54,783 nucleotides of DNA from Tolypothrix carrinoi HA7290-LM1 (GCA_019358935.1 JAHHIK010000057.1:1-54783); one strand, 5' to 3'; counted from the stretch's first letter, positions 10,014 through 19,021 are shown. Numbers and translations are program-made. The notes: a model not told the origin generated them from the sequence alone.

Positions 10014-10042
10014 GTAGAGACGTTCCAATGGAACGTCTCTAC
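10014..10042. repeat. GTAG-type REP-like palindrome
   Basis: GTAGAGACGTTCC-AAT-GGAACGTCTCTAC, with a second copy at 24932-24960. Confidence 0.75.
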
Positions 10043-10083
10043 GATAGTTGCGGTCTTTTTATTAGTGCATGACGTGATATAAT

Positions 10084-10326
10084 TCATAACTCCTCAGTGG
10101 AGTGAAGCGACTCCAAAACCCCACTGCGGATTATCAGTTGAGGCCACATCAACAAGAAGAAGCCCATCCAAGTTAATATAGGCACTGAGACGAGAACTGT
10201 TAGCCAGATAATTTTAAATATTATCCAGCTACCACTAATCAGCGTCACACCTGTTAAAAGAATAGACCAAGGCTGACACCACCAAGGTTTGTAGTTCCAA
10301 GGACTGATAGGTTTTTGTTCAGACAT
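10084..10326 (-). CDS. Small membrane protein, DUF6737-like
   Basis: MSEQKPISPWNYKPWWCQPWSILLTG conserved cyanobacterial motif and two TM segments. Confidence 0.75.
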   Translation of the reverse strand: MSEQKPISPWNYKPWWCQPWSILLTGVTLISGSWIIFKIIWLTVLVSVPILTWMGFFLLMWPQLIIRSGVLESLHSTEEL

Positions 10327-10425
10327 GTGAATTAAGGTAATACAAATAGTCCTTTTACAAGTTGTAGCGTAAAAGCAGGATAAATGCGATGCCGAGTACT
10401 TAACCATTGCGGAACGCCTTCTTTA

Positions 10426-10725
10426 GAGGTTGTTTGAAAAGTGGTTAGCCGTGATTTTAGGCACTCGTTGATCCCCCCTACCCCCCTTTCCAAGGGGAGC
10501 CACTGCGTTGCGGAGCCAGCGCTGTGCGGAGGTTCCCTCCGTTGAGGCGACTGGCGTGGGGTTTCCCCCGTTGTAGCAAGTGGCGTGGGAATTAGAATCA
10601 AAGTCCCCCTTTTCAAGGGGAGCCACTGCGCTATCGCGGCTAGAAGCGACAGTCACGCATGTGGCGTGGATAATGGGGGATCTAAAACTATTTGATACAT
10701 CATTAAGGACTTTTCAAACATCCTC
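10426..10725. mobile_element. MITE with TIRs and TA flanks, carrying nested 45-48 bp elements
   Basis: GAGGTTGTTTGAAAAGT...ACTTTTCAAACATCCTC flanked by TA at 10424-25 and 10726-27. Confidence 0.75.
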
Positions 10726-10726
10726 T

Positions 10727-11039
10727 AAATCACAATTGCGTTGGCGTAGCCCAACCCAGGCATCGCCAAATCGATAAATGCGATCGCCAAATCTATAAAT
10801 GCGATCGCGAAAATCACAATTGCAGTCGCCGAAATCACAATTGCAGTCGCCGAAATCACAATTGCGATCGCGAAAATCACAATTGCAGTCGCCAAATCAA
10901 TAAATGCGATCGCCAAATCGATAAATGCGATCGCGAAAATCACAATTGCAGTCGCCGAAATCACAATTGCAGTCGCCGAAATCACAATTGCGATCGCGAA
11001 AATCACAATTGCAGTCGCCAAATCAATAAATGCGATCGC
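10727..11039. repeat. 21-bp HIP1-containing tandem array (14 units) with 126-bp higher-order period
   Basis: Units CAAATCGATAAATGCGATCGC, GAAAATCACAATTGCAGTCGC, CGAAATCACAATTGCGATCGC. Confidence 0.95.
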
Positions 11040-11057
11040 CATCGGTTCTTACACTTA

Positions 11058-11208
11058 TCCCCCTTAAAAAGGGGGGAAAACTTCTGAAAGTCCCCCTTTT
11101 TAAGGGGAGCCACTGCGGTGGACGGGTTCCCCGGCATAAAGCAAGTGGCGTGGATTTAGGGGGATCTAAAACTTTTGCTACCAACAAAAGGACTTTTCAA
11201 ACATCCTC
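11058..11208. mobile_element. Partial copy of the same MITE family (right end only) with a nested 45-bp element
   Basis: Shares AAGTCCCCCTTTT..AAGGGG, GGGGGATCTAAAACT and GGACTTTTCAAACATCCTC with 10600-10725. Confidence 0.7.
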
Positions 11209-11235
11209 TTAGAGTATCCTTGATTTTCGAGTAGG

Positions 11236-11616
11236 TTATGTATTCGGCTTTGGAAATGAACATTCAACGGTAATCTTCAAATTACTTTTAGCAGTGCCTT
11301 TTGTAACATAAGGAACCCCAGCTTCTCCACCCACTTCGATGCCGAATTCTAAAGTAACTTTGTTGATGTTCTCAATGGGAATTTGCTTAAACGCATTCAA
11401 GCTATAAACAGTGTAAGCACGTATCGTATGTTGAACAACCTGAAAATTTTGCAACATTTGCTTTCGCACTTCTTCAGAAATTCCCTTATCAGTTAGTGCT
11501 TCTTCCTCTTCCTCTGCGGATTCTTCGGTGATAATTAAGGGAACGTTGACGTCTTCGCTAGCTTCGATGTAGATAATTGTGTTGTCATCGAGTTGGATGG
11601 GTGCGAGTTTGGTCAT
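11236..11616 (-). CDS. Trypco1 / CU044_2847-like small protein
   Basis: C-terminal VTLEFGIEVGGEAGVPYVTKGTAKSNLKITVEC pattern, divergent from a caspase-STAND gene. Confidence 0.7.
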   Translation of the reverse strand: MTKLAPIQLDDNTIIYIEASEDVNVPLIITEESAEEEEEALTDKGISEEVRKQMLQNFQVVQHTIRAYTVYSLNAFKQIPIENINKVTLEFGIEVGGEAGVPYVTKGTAKSNLKITVECSFPKPNT

Positions 11617-11660
11617 GGCAGGAATTTATAGCCCTTCTCGTTTGTATGTGATACACTCTG

Positions 11661-11778
11661 ACCTCTCTCCAAACCTCTCTCCTACAAGGAGAGAGGCTTT
11701 GAGGCTTACTCCCCAACCCAAGTAGGGAAGGGGCTGTTCTTGTTAGGTCTGTATTAGACTCAACTGCAAACCGCTATA
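11661..11778. repeat. Dispersed hairpin repeat element
   Basis: CCTCTCTCCTACAAGGAGAGAGG hairpin and TTAGGTCTGTATT...CGCTATA end, shared with 49797-49891. Confidence 0.6.
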
Positions 11779-11901
11779 TTTTGACAAATAATTACTAATG
11801 AAAACAATATTTCAGTAATTTTACTCGGAAATTGTGCTAAGTTTTTTGTATTTATATTAGTTAAATAATCGCTCTCTTAAGCTAGAGCAAGGCTTTATGC
11901 T

Positions 11902-14802
11902 ATGAGCCGCGACGCTTTGGTAGTTGGGATTAATACATATAATTACGATCGCTTGACCAAACTATCAGCGCCTGCACAAGATGCAGAGGCGATCGCTCAA
12001 CTGTTAGAATCCGGCGAGTTTAAAGTCAAGCGCCTACCTGCGGTCAAGGATAAGCAGAATAACACGATTCGCGTTGGAAAGACAACTCAAGTTACTTTGA
12101 CTCAGTTAGAAGAGGCGATCGTCCAATTATTCAAGCCAGAGGGCAGAAATATTCCCGATACGGCACTTCTGTATTTTTCCGGACATGGACTGCGTAAAGA
12201 CCGAGGCATCCAGGAAGGGTATTTGGCTACCAGTGATGTCAACCCTGATTTAGGCAACTGGGGTATTCGCTTGAAATGGCTGCGAGAACTATTGCAAGAA
12301 AGTCCCGTGCGACAGCAGATTATTTGGCTGGATTGTTGCTATAGCGGTGAATTGCTGAATTTTGCCGAAGCAGATCCGGGGGATAGGGGAAAAGGACGCG
12401 ATCGCTGTTTTATAGCTGCATCACGAGAATTTGAGGTGGCATATGAAACAATTGATAGCAAGCATAGCGTATTGACAGAGGCATTGTTACAAGGGCTTGA
12501 CCCCAGACGACATTCCGGCACATGGGTAACAAACTACACTCTCATTGACGTTCTCAATCAGCGTTTGCAGGCATTTCCCCAGAGTCCCATATTTGCTAAC
12601 TCCGGTGGTGCGATTAACCTGACGCGCACTTGGCAAGCACCGAACCCAGATAGTAATTCAGTTGTCACAACGATTTGCCCTTATCGCGGGTTGCAATACT
12701 TTGATTGTACAGAAGAAGATGCTAAGTATTTCTACGGTAGGGAAGCGCTGACAGACCAGTTATTAGAAAAAGTGCGTGTAGGGAATTTCCTGGCAGTTTT
12801 GGGAGCATCGGGAAGTGGTAAATCTAGTGTTGTGAGAGCGGGATTACTTTATCAGCTTACCTTGGGGCGGCGGTTGTCGGGTAGTGACACTTGGCAAATC
12901 AGGATTTTTCGACCGGGTGAGCATCCCGTTGAAAGTTTAGCACGAGCCTTTTTGGATTCCGGTTTATCAGATATTGACCGAGCATCCCAGTTAGCAAAAG
13001 CTGAGGAATTGATTGCTAAGAGTTCTGTAGGTTTAGGACAACTCATCGACGCTGCTGACACCAAGCGAGTCATACTCATGGTGGATCAGTTTGAAGAAGT
13101 TTTTACTCTGTGCAAAGACATCGGCAAACGACAGCAGTTTTTTGAATGCTTGCTGGATGCGTTGCAGCGTTGTGGCGATAAACTCTGCTTGGTGCTGACG
13201 ATGCGGGCAGATTTTTTTGGCAAGTGTGCTGAATATAGCAAACTAACACAGCAGATTCAGGAAAATCTGGTGACGGTGACACCGATGACAGAAGAGGAGT
13301 TGAGACAGGCAATTACCGAACCTGCGAAACAGGTAAGTTTGCAAGTCGAGCCTGAGCTTGTTAACCAGATGATAGTCGATGTTGAAGGTTCACCGGGAAG
13401 TTTGCCGTTATTACAGTACACGTTAACCGAGCTTTGGCAGCAGCGAAGCGAGGAAAAATTAACAGTTTCGGCTTACACGCGGTTGGGTGGGGTGAAGGGA
13501 ACGCTGCAAAAACGCGCCACTGAGATTTATGAGAGTTTGTCACCAGAGGAACAAACAGCAGCGAAGCGGATTTTTCTTGAGTTGACACAGTTAGGAGAGG
13601 GAACAGAAGATACTCGCCGGCGGGTTTTGCTACAAGATTTAGTGACATCGCAGCAATCAAGTTTAGTAGAACAGGTGATTCAAAAGTTGGCGGATGCGAA
13701 GTTGATTGTCACCAGTACCTTGATTGAAAAAGGAGCGGAATCAGGTAAAGTGGCGGTGGTGGATGTTGCCCATGAAGCACTGATTCGCCATTGGTCACTA
13801 TTAAGAAAATGGCTGGATGAGAACCGGGATAAGTTAAGACAAAAGCGTAAAATTGAAGCTGCTGCCGAGGAGTGGCGAGAAAAGCGCAAGGCAAAAGATT
13901 ATTTGCTTGGGGGAAAACCTTTGCAAGATGCTAAGACGTTTCAGAAACAGCAAGCTGGAAATCTGACTTTATCTAACCTGGCGGAAGAATTTATTAGCAA
14001 AAGCTTAAAACAAAGTTGGGTTAGGTCACTGAAAACTGCTAGCCTTCTGACAATTCCGATCTTGGTTGCCCTTTTTGCTGTTGTCCCAGCTATAAGAAAC
14101 CAAAACTACAACAAAGCTTGGGAAACTATTAGAAGTCAAGATAAAAAACAAGGCAAGCGTGCAGCACTGGAATTGCTGACAGAGGGATGTTGGAAAACAA
14201 AGCAATGGCAATGGATTCATAGTGATGTTGCATTTTTATTGTTTGGAGGGTGTCCTAGTTTTAATGGTGAAGACCTCAGCGGTGCCAACCTCAGCGGTGC
14301 CGACCTCAGCGGTGCCGACCTCAGCCTTGCCGACCTCACCTTTGCCGACCTCAGCCTTGCCGACCTCAGCTTTGCCGACCTCAGCTTTGCCGACCTCAGC
14401 CGTGCCTACCTCACTGGTGCCGACCTCAGCGGTGCCAACCTCAACCGTGCCGACCTCAGCCGTGCCGACCTCAGCCGTGCCGACCTCAGCCGTGCCGACC
14501 TCAGCCGTGCCAACGTAAAAGGGGCTGTTTACAACAAAGAAACAAAATTCCCTGAGAATTTTGACCCTGCTAGTCAGCAGATGCTCTTGATTGCTCCTGG
14601 TGTTAATCTCAGTGGTGCCGACTTTAGTCTTCTTGACCTCAGGGGTGTTGATTTCAAAGCAGTCAACCTCAGCAATGCCGACCTCAGCAGTGCCAACCTC
14701 AGCGGTGCCAAAAACCTGACTCCTGAGCAAGTTAAATCTGCCAAGAATTGGGAAAAAGCTATATATAATTACGAGTTTCTCAAACCGCTAGGGTTGAAAT
14801 AG
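11902..14802 (+). CDS. Caspase-family (C14) protease - nSTAND1-type NTPase - TM - pentapeptide repeat protein
   Basis: YFSGHG and LDCC dyad, CPYRGLQYF, Walker A GASGSGKS, VDQFEEVF, PGSLPLLQYTLTELW, HEALIRHW, TM near residues 715-732, ADLS repeats. Confidence 0.9.
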   Translation: MSRDALVVGINTYNYDRLTKLSAPAQDAEAIAQLLESGEFKVKRLPAVKDKQNNTIRVGKTTQVTLTQLEEAIVQLFKPEGRNIPDTALLYFSGHGLRKDRGIQEGYLATSDVNPDLGNWGIRLKWLRELLQESPVRQQIIWLDCCYSGELLNFAEADPGDRGKGRDRCFIAASREFEVAYETIDSKHSVLTEALLQGLDPRRHSGTWVTNYTLIDVLNQRLQAFPQSPIFANSGGAINLTRTWQAPNPDSNSVVTTICPYRGLQYFDCTEEDAKYFYGREALTDQLLEKVRVGNFLAVLGASGSGKSSVVRAGLLYQLTLGRRLSGSDTWQIRIFRPGEHPVESLARAFLDSGLSDIDRASQLAKAEELIAKSSVGLGQLIDAADTKRVILMVDQFEEVFTLCKDIGKRQQFFECLLDALQRCGDKLCLVLTMRADFFGKCAEYSKLTQQIQENLVTVTPMTEEELRQAITEPAKQVSLQVEPELVNQMIVDVEGSPGSLPLLQYTLTELWQQRSEEKLTVSAYTRLGGVKGTLQKRATEIYESLSPEEQTAAKRIFLELTQLGEGTEDTRRRVLLQDLVTSQQSSLVEQVIQKLADAKLIVTSTLIEKGAESGKVAVVDVAHEALIRHWSLLRKWLDENRDKLRQKRKIEAAAEEWREKRKAKDYLLGGKPLQDAKTFQKQQAGNLTLSNLAEEFISKSLKQSWVRSLKTASLLTIPILVALFAVVPAIRNQNYNKAWETIRSQDKKQGKRAALELLTEGCWKTKQWQWIHSDVAFLLFGGCPSFNGEDLSGANLSGADLSGADLSLADLTFADLSLADLSFADLSFADLSRAYLTGADLSGANLNRADLSRADLSRADLSRADLSRANVKGAVYNKETKFPENFDPASQQMLLIAPGVNLSGADFSLLDLRGVDFKAVNLSNADLSSANLSGAKNLTPEQVKSAKNWEKAIYNYEFLKPLGLK
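14272..14514 (+). repeat. 15-bp tandem coding repeats (16 units) encoding pentapeptides
   Basis: GACCTCAGCNNTGCC units. Confidence 0.95.
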
Positions 14803-14868
14803 GGAGTCGGAGAGAAGGGGACAAGGAAGACAAGGGGGAAATGCGCTCTCTCACCATTCACGATAAAT

Positions 14869-14970
14869 GCGATCGCTGTTTAGTTGATGAAGAGTTGAGG
14901 CGATCGCTGTGAAGGTTGATGAAGTGTTCAGGCGATCGCTTTTGCTGTGGTTTGAGGAATGTGCGATCGC
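14869..14970. repeat. Four HIP1 sites spaced about 31 bp apart with partly repeated spacers
   Basis: GCGATCGCTGT....GTTGATGAAG.GTT.AGGCGATCGC occurs twice. Confidence 0.7.
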
Positions 14971-14972
14971 CT

Positions 14973-15557
14973 TCACGATAGAATAATTGGCGGTAACATT
15001 TCTAAAACCACAATCTGCAAATCTACAAACTGTAAAGGCGAAATCATCTCATTTTCACCCAATATCACTTTGCTTTCATAGCCTTCTTCATTGGGTTCTC
15101 GAAATACATATAATTGACGATTGACTACATCTAGCACCCAATAATCTGCAATTCTCGCTTGAGCGTAAGCTTTACCTTTTGTTTCACAGTCAAATTTTAA
15201 ACTGCTATCTGCTACTTCAATAATCAGATAAATCTCGCTGGGGGTAGGATGATGGTCTGCATAGTCGAGTGGGTCTATTTGCAAAACTGCAACATCTGGT
15301 TCGGGTTCTGAGCGTTCATTTAACTTTATCGGGTCTTGAATTGATACCCATGCCCGATTTGCTAACCTGTTTTTGAGCAAGTAATCTGTTCTTCCCACCG
15401 CTGACCGATGCGCTGTCCCTTTAGCACTCATCCAAATAATCTTTCCTTCTAACAATTCTACTCGCTCATCTTCATCCAAAATCCCAGTCTCTGCCATGCG
15501 GTGGTAGTCCGCAACTGTCCACAAGCGAAGATTTAAGCTGGTATCTGTATTCTGCAT
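14973..15557 (-). CDS. Uma2 family (DUF820) PD-(D/E)XK endonuclease-like protein
   Basis: WTVADYHRMAETGIL, RVELLEG, SEPEPDV, LIIEVADSS, DYWVLD. Confidence 0.92.
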   Translation of the reverse strand: MQNTDTSLNLRLWTVADYHRMAETGILDEDERVELLEGKIIWMSAKGTAHRSAVGRTDYLLKNRLANRAWVSIQDPIKLNERSEPEPDVAVLQIDPLDYADHHPTPSEIYLIIEVADSSLKFDCETKGKAYAQARIADYWVLDVVNRQLYVFREPNEEGYESKVILGENEMISPLQFVDLQIVVLEMLPPIILS

Positions 15558-15712
15558 GGCTTGTGTATTAAGTGTGGAGATTATTGAGGTTAGCAAGACT
15601 CTTATTATTTAATATCGTAGCACTTATGTGCTATTGACATAATTGACTTTTTATGCAGCAAGTTAGGGAAAAGAAGCGTAGACACCTTGCGTCCACGCCT
15701 CCACACTTTTCC

Positions 15713-15946
15713 TTAATCTTGTACTCTCGGACGCTGCAACATACTAATCATTTCTTTTGGGTTGCGGGTTGGCATTAACCGACTCCATTCTGACATTTCC
15801 GCAAAACCCAAAGAATGCAACCTATAAATCACCCCCTTTACCCATTGCGGCGCACCAATTAAAATCATCCGATTTGCTGATTTTCCTGAATTTAAAGCAT
15901 CTATCGCAAGGGTTTCATTATCATCATGTTCGTGATTCTCTGACAT
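15713..15946 (-). CDS. Small conserved cyanobacterial hypothetical protein
   Basis: LIG...V...I..LH.LGFAE..EWS..P pattern recalled from cyanobacterial small proteins, AGGT upstream, divergent from an XRE gene. Confidence 0.65.
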   Translation of the reverse strand: MSENHEHDDNETLAIDALNSGKSANRMILIGAPQWVKGVIYRLHSLGFAEMSEWSRLMPTRNPKEMISMLQRPRVQD

Positions 15947-15976
15947 TTGGATTTACCTGGTTTCTAGAGTCAAGTT

Positions 15977-16031
15977 TGTTGACAATCGTCAACCAGAATA
16001 TTGTCATACTAACCGTAGACTATTGTCAACA
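15977..16031. promoter_or_regulatory. Candidate XRE operator / divergent promoter
   Basis: TGTTGACAAT (15977) inverted to ATTGTCAACA (16022), palindrome GTTGAC-N4-GTCAAC, third half-site TATTGTCA. Confidence 0.5.
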
Positions 16032-16066
16032 TTTACTTAGTCATGTTCCTCTGAGACTATTGGGGC

Positions 16067-16312
16067 ATGGCAAGAGCAGGGAAAGCACTTAAACAAGTAC
16101 TCGAAACCTATAACATCAGCCAAAATCAACTGGCAGTAGCGATGGGTATAGGACGATCTAGTATTAATAGATGGGTAAATGAAAGCCGAGATCCTTCGGC
16201 TGAGGCAGTTATTGAGATTATCGAAGCGCTAGATAAAATTAACAAAGCCGCTGCGAGAGATTTTCTGGTACTGTACTTGGGGCGGATCGTTGAGGATGGC
16301 AACCAGACATAA
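16067..16312 (+). CDS. XRE-family helix-turn-helix regulator
   Basis: ISQNQLAVAMGIGRSSINRWVNESRDP. Confidence 0.9.
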   Translation: MARAGKALKQVLETYNISQNQLAVAMGIGRSSINRWVNESRDPSAEAVIEIIEALDKINKAAARDFLVLYLGRIVEDGNQT

Positions 16313-16452
16313 CCGATAGAAGTTAAGCATGTATAGGCACTTTTGTAAAGATAGAAAAAGAGCGATGCCTACGGCAACCCGAAGCGGGAACGCCCGACCG
16401 CTTCAATATCCCTAAAATTGCCTACAATTGGGATAAAAGGGGAGAGGCAAAA

Positions 16453-16656
16453 ATGAATACAAAAGAACAAATCCAAGCCGAAATTGACAGCCTCAAAGAA
16501 GAATATCTTAATGAGCTATATATTTTAATCAAAGATTTTGCCCAATCTAAACAACAGCCTAAAAATGCGAGTTTCATGTCGAAGCTAAAAAAAATCAAAA
16601 TTGATGCACCCCTAGATTTTGCTGCTAATTTCGATTTATATGTATGTGAAAATTAA
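16453..16656 (+). CDS. Small antitoxin-like protein (DUF2281-like), no toxin adjacent
   Basis: GGAGAGG RBS and FMSKLKKIKIDAPLDFAANFDLY tail typical of PIN-toxin partners. Confidence 0.55.
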   Translation: MNTKEQIQAEIDSLKEEYLNELYILIKDFAQSKQQPKNASFMSKLKKIKIDAPLDFAANFDLYVCEN

Positions 16657-16699
16657 GTTTGATGCTGCGTTTGAAACAATGCGATCGCATTCTTTGTGA

Positions 16700-17434
16700 T
16701 TAAGCTTCTACAACTTGAATTTCATCGAGTTGATTAATCACCACATCCGCACCTTGGACATTATCCGATCTACCAATCCAAGTAATACCAATGCAACCTG
16801 CGGATGAAGCATTACGCGCCATTTGCATATCACCTACAGCATCACCTACCATCAAGGTAGCGCTAGGTTCTACTCCCAAAGATTTGCAAGCTTGTAAAAA
16901 TAATATTGGATCTGGTTTACTCGGACCTTCATCGACTCCCATTTCTAGTTGAATGTAATCGCTCAATTGGTGATGCTTGACAAATTCATTAACTTCTGCT
17001 GTACTTGCGGCTGAAAGGATACCGAGTTTCAATCCAGTTTCTGACAAGGATTTTAACACTTCTAAACTACCGACAAACAGCGGTGAAGAAGTTTTGCCGA
17101 TGTATTTTTCGGCTTCATCTAAGGCAAGACGGGCGATTTTGAGCGATTCAAACCAACTTTTGCCAGTTTCGGCGATATATGCGGCAGTAGCAATTTCTGT
17201 TTCCCGACGACTTGCCACGGCAATTAAACCGGCGGGATCTAAGCTTGAGCCATTAATCCCAAAAGCCATTAACAAAGGTTCACCAGTTCCGGGAACTTGA
17301 GCATCTACGATCCGTGCTGCTTTTTGTGCAAGCGATCGCAAATACGCTTCTGAGTCTTCCAGAGTACCGTTTTTGTCAAACAAAATCGCCTGGATATTAG
17401 AAAACGTCATGTTTCTACACTTAATAGTTGCCAC
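16700..17434 (-). CDS. HAD-superfamily hydrolase
   Basis: ILFDKNGTLED, KPDP, MVGD motifs. Confidence 0.9.
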   Translation of the reverse strand: MATIKCRNMTFSNIQAILFDKNGTLEDSEAYLRSLAQKAARIVDAQVPGTGEPLLMAFGINGSSLDPAGLIAVASRRETEIATAAYIAETGKSWFESLKIARLALDEAEKYIGKTSSPLFVGSLEVLKSLSETGLKLGILSAASTAEVNEFVKHHQLSDYIQLEMGVDEGPSKPDPILFLQACKSLGVEPSATLMVGDAVGDMQMARNASSAGCIGITWIGRSDNVQGADVVINQLDEIQVVEA

Positions 17435-17476
17435 ATTCCACCCTATTTAAATAAGAACTAAATTTTTAATTTACAT

Positions 17477-17506
17477 AAAAAAAGAGAGGAAAACCTCTCT
17501 CTTTTC
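17477..17506 (-). terminator. Intrinsic terminator of rps1
   Basis: GAGAGG-AAAA-CCTCTC hairpin with U-tract on the minus strand. Confidence 0.7.
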
Positions 17507-17532
17507 ACAATGATTTCAAGGGCATTATTATT

Positions 17533-18573
17533 TTATGCTGAAGGTGCTTCCTCTTCGATAGCTGAAGGTATTTCCTCTTCAACTGCTGAGGGTATATCTT
17601 CTTCTACAGCTGAGGGTATATCTTCTTCCATAGCTGAGGGTATATCTTCTTCAGCTACCGCAGTCAGACCTTGCTGTTTAGCTAACATTTGTTCGCGATA
17701 TTTAGCAGCCATTTCTTCTGCTTTATCGTAGACCAAATCGCGATTTTTAATCATGTCACCTGGTTCGGGTTCCAACTGTTTTGTAGACAGAGAAATCCGA
17801 CCTCTTTCTGCATCCAAGTCAATGATCATGACTTTCACTTCATCATTGACATTAAATACACTGTGAGGTGTATCAATATGTTCGTGAGAAATTTCAGAGA
17901 TGTGCAGCAGACCGCTCACACCGCCAATATCAATAAATGCACCGTAAGGTTTGATACCGCGAACTGTACCTATAACAACTTCGCCAACTTCTAAGCGATT
18001 CATCTTACGCTCAACCAGCGCTCGACGATGGGATAGAACTAAACGATTACGCTCTTCGTCTACTTCTAAGAATTTCAATGGCAAATCTTCGCCTACCAAT
18101 TCTTCTTTAGGTTTGCGGGTGCTAATATGAGAACCTGGGATAAAACCACGTAATCCCTCAATTCTGACCAAAGCTCCACCACGATTGGTCGCAAACACAC
18201 CAGAACGAACAGTAGCATCTTCTGCTTGCAATTGCCGTACTCGTTCCCAAGCTCGCATATATTCAATGCGACGAATGGAAAGAGTTAATTGACCATCTTC
18301 GTTTTCATCTGTGAGAATGAAAAATTCCCGCGTTTCGTTTGATTGTAAGACTTCTTCCGGGGCATCGACCCGGTTTATAGACATTTCTTGTATAGGTATA
18401 TATGCTGCGGTTTTTGCACCAATGTCAATCAGAGCGCCGCGCGGCTCTATACTGAAAACGGTTCCTGGTACAACATCTCCAGGGCTAAAGTGATAATCGT
18501 ATTTGTCTAATAGAGCAGCGAAATCTTCGTGAGTGAAGCCTATTTCTGTAGCGGTTAATTTCTGATTGACCAT
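17533..18573 (-). CDS. rpsA: 30S ribosomal protein S1
   Basis: Three S1 domains, FTHEDFAALLDKYDY N-terminus, acidic 8-aa C-terminal repeats. Confidence 0.97.
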   Translation of the reverse strand: MVNQKLTATEIGFTHEDFAALLDKYDYHFSPGDVVPGTVFSIEPRGALIDIGAKTAAYIPIQEMSINRVDAPEEVLQSNETREFFILTDENEDGQLTLSIRRIEYMRAWERVRQLQAEDATVRSGVFATNRGGALVRIEGLRGFIPGSHISTRKPKEELVGEDLPLKFLEVDEERNRLVLSHRRALVERKMNRLEVGEVVIGTVRGIKPYGAFIDIGGVSGLLHISEISHEHIDTPHSVFNVNDEVKVMIIDLDAERGRISLSTKQLEPEPGDMIKNRDLVYDKAEEMAAKYREQMLAKQQGLTAVAEEDIPSAMEEDIPSAVEEDIPSAVEEEIPSAIEEEAPSA

Positions 18574-19021
18574 GCTGTTTTGTACCTGGTTTTAGTCTCC
18601 GTAAAGTTATTGCTCAAGGCGGATGTATATGCAAGCGCCAATGTTTAGGGCTGTTTACACATACATCCTTTCTATCCTAGCGCAGAAAAGCTGGGTTTAA
18701 CACATATCAACTTCCAGATGGAACATTGTATCACACATCCAAAACCGTAATTAATCATTTATTAATTATTTTTAGACTCCGAAGCGATCGCGCTTCAGGA
18801 TAAAAGGGACTCTTTACTGGGGACTGGCAAAGAAATTCGCGTTTTGCTTTTTTGACGTGGTTTTAAGCAAATCAACAAGTATCCTTAGTTTTCAATCATT
18901 AATAAAGAAACAACTGACGGGGTGACAAATAACGTCAAAAAATATCCGCTGCAACCAAATGGTAGCAACGGATAAAAGGCTTGTATTTTCTGGTTAAAAG
19001 TCTAATAGTAGAGAAAATCTA

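Noticed and set aside
10725..11042. 105-aa hydrophobic ORF (MAIAFIDLATAIVI...)
   Set aside because: By-product of the 21-bp array, with no RBS or recognisable family.
14272..14514. Diversity-generating retroelement target
   Set aside because: No reverse transcriptase or template repeat in the window. Variation is between tandem units rather than in a TR/VR pair.
14222..14730. SAVPT- and AEVGT-repeat ORFs
   Set aside because: Alternative frames and antisense strand of the pentapeptide repeats.
18574..19021. nrdR, found between psbT and rps1 in some cyanobacteria
   Set aside because: No ORF or remnant is recognisable, and the absence is probably normal for this lineage.
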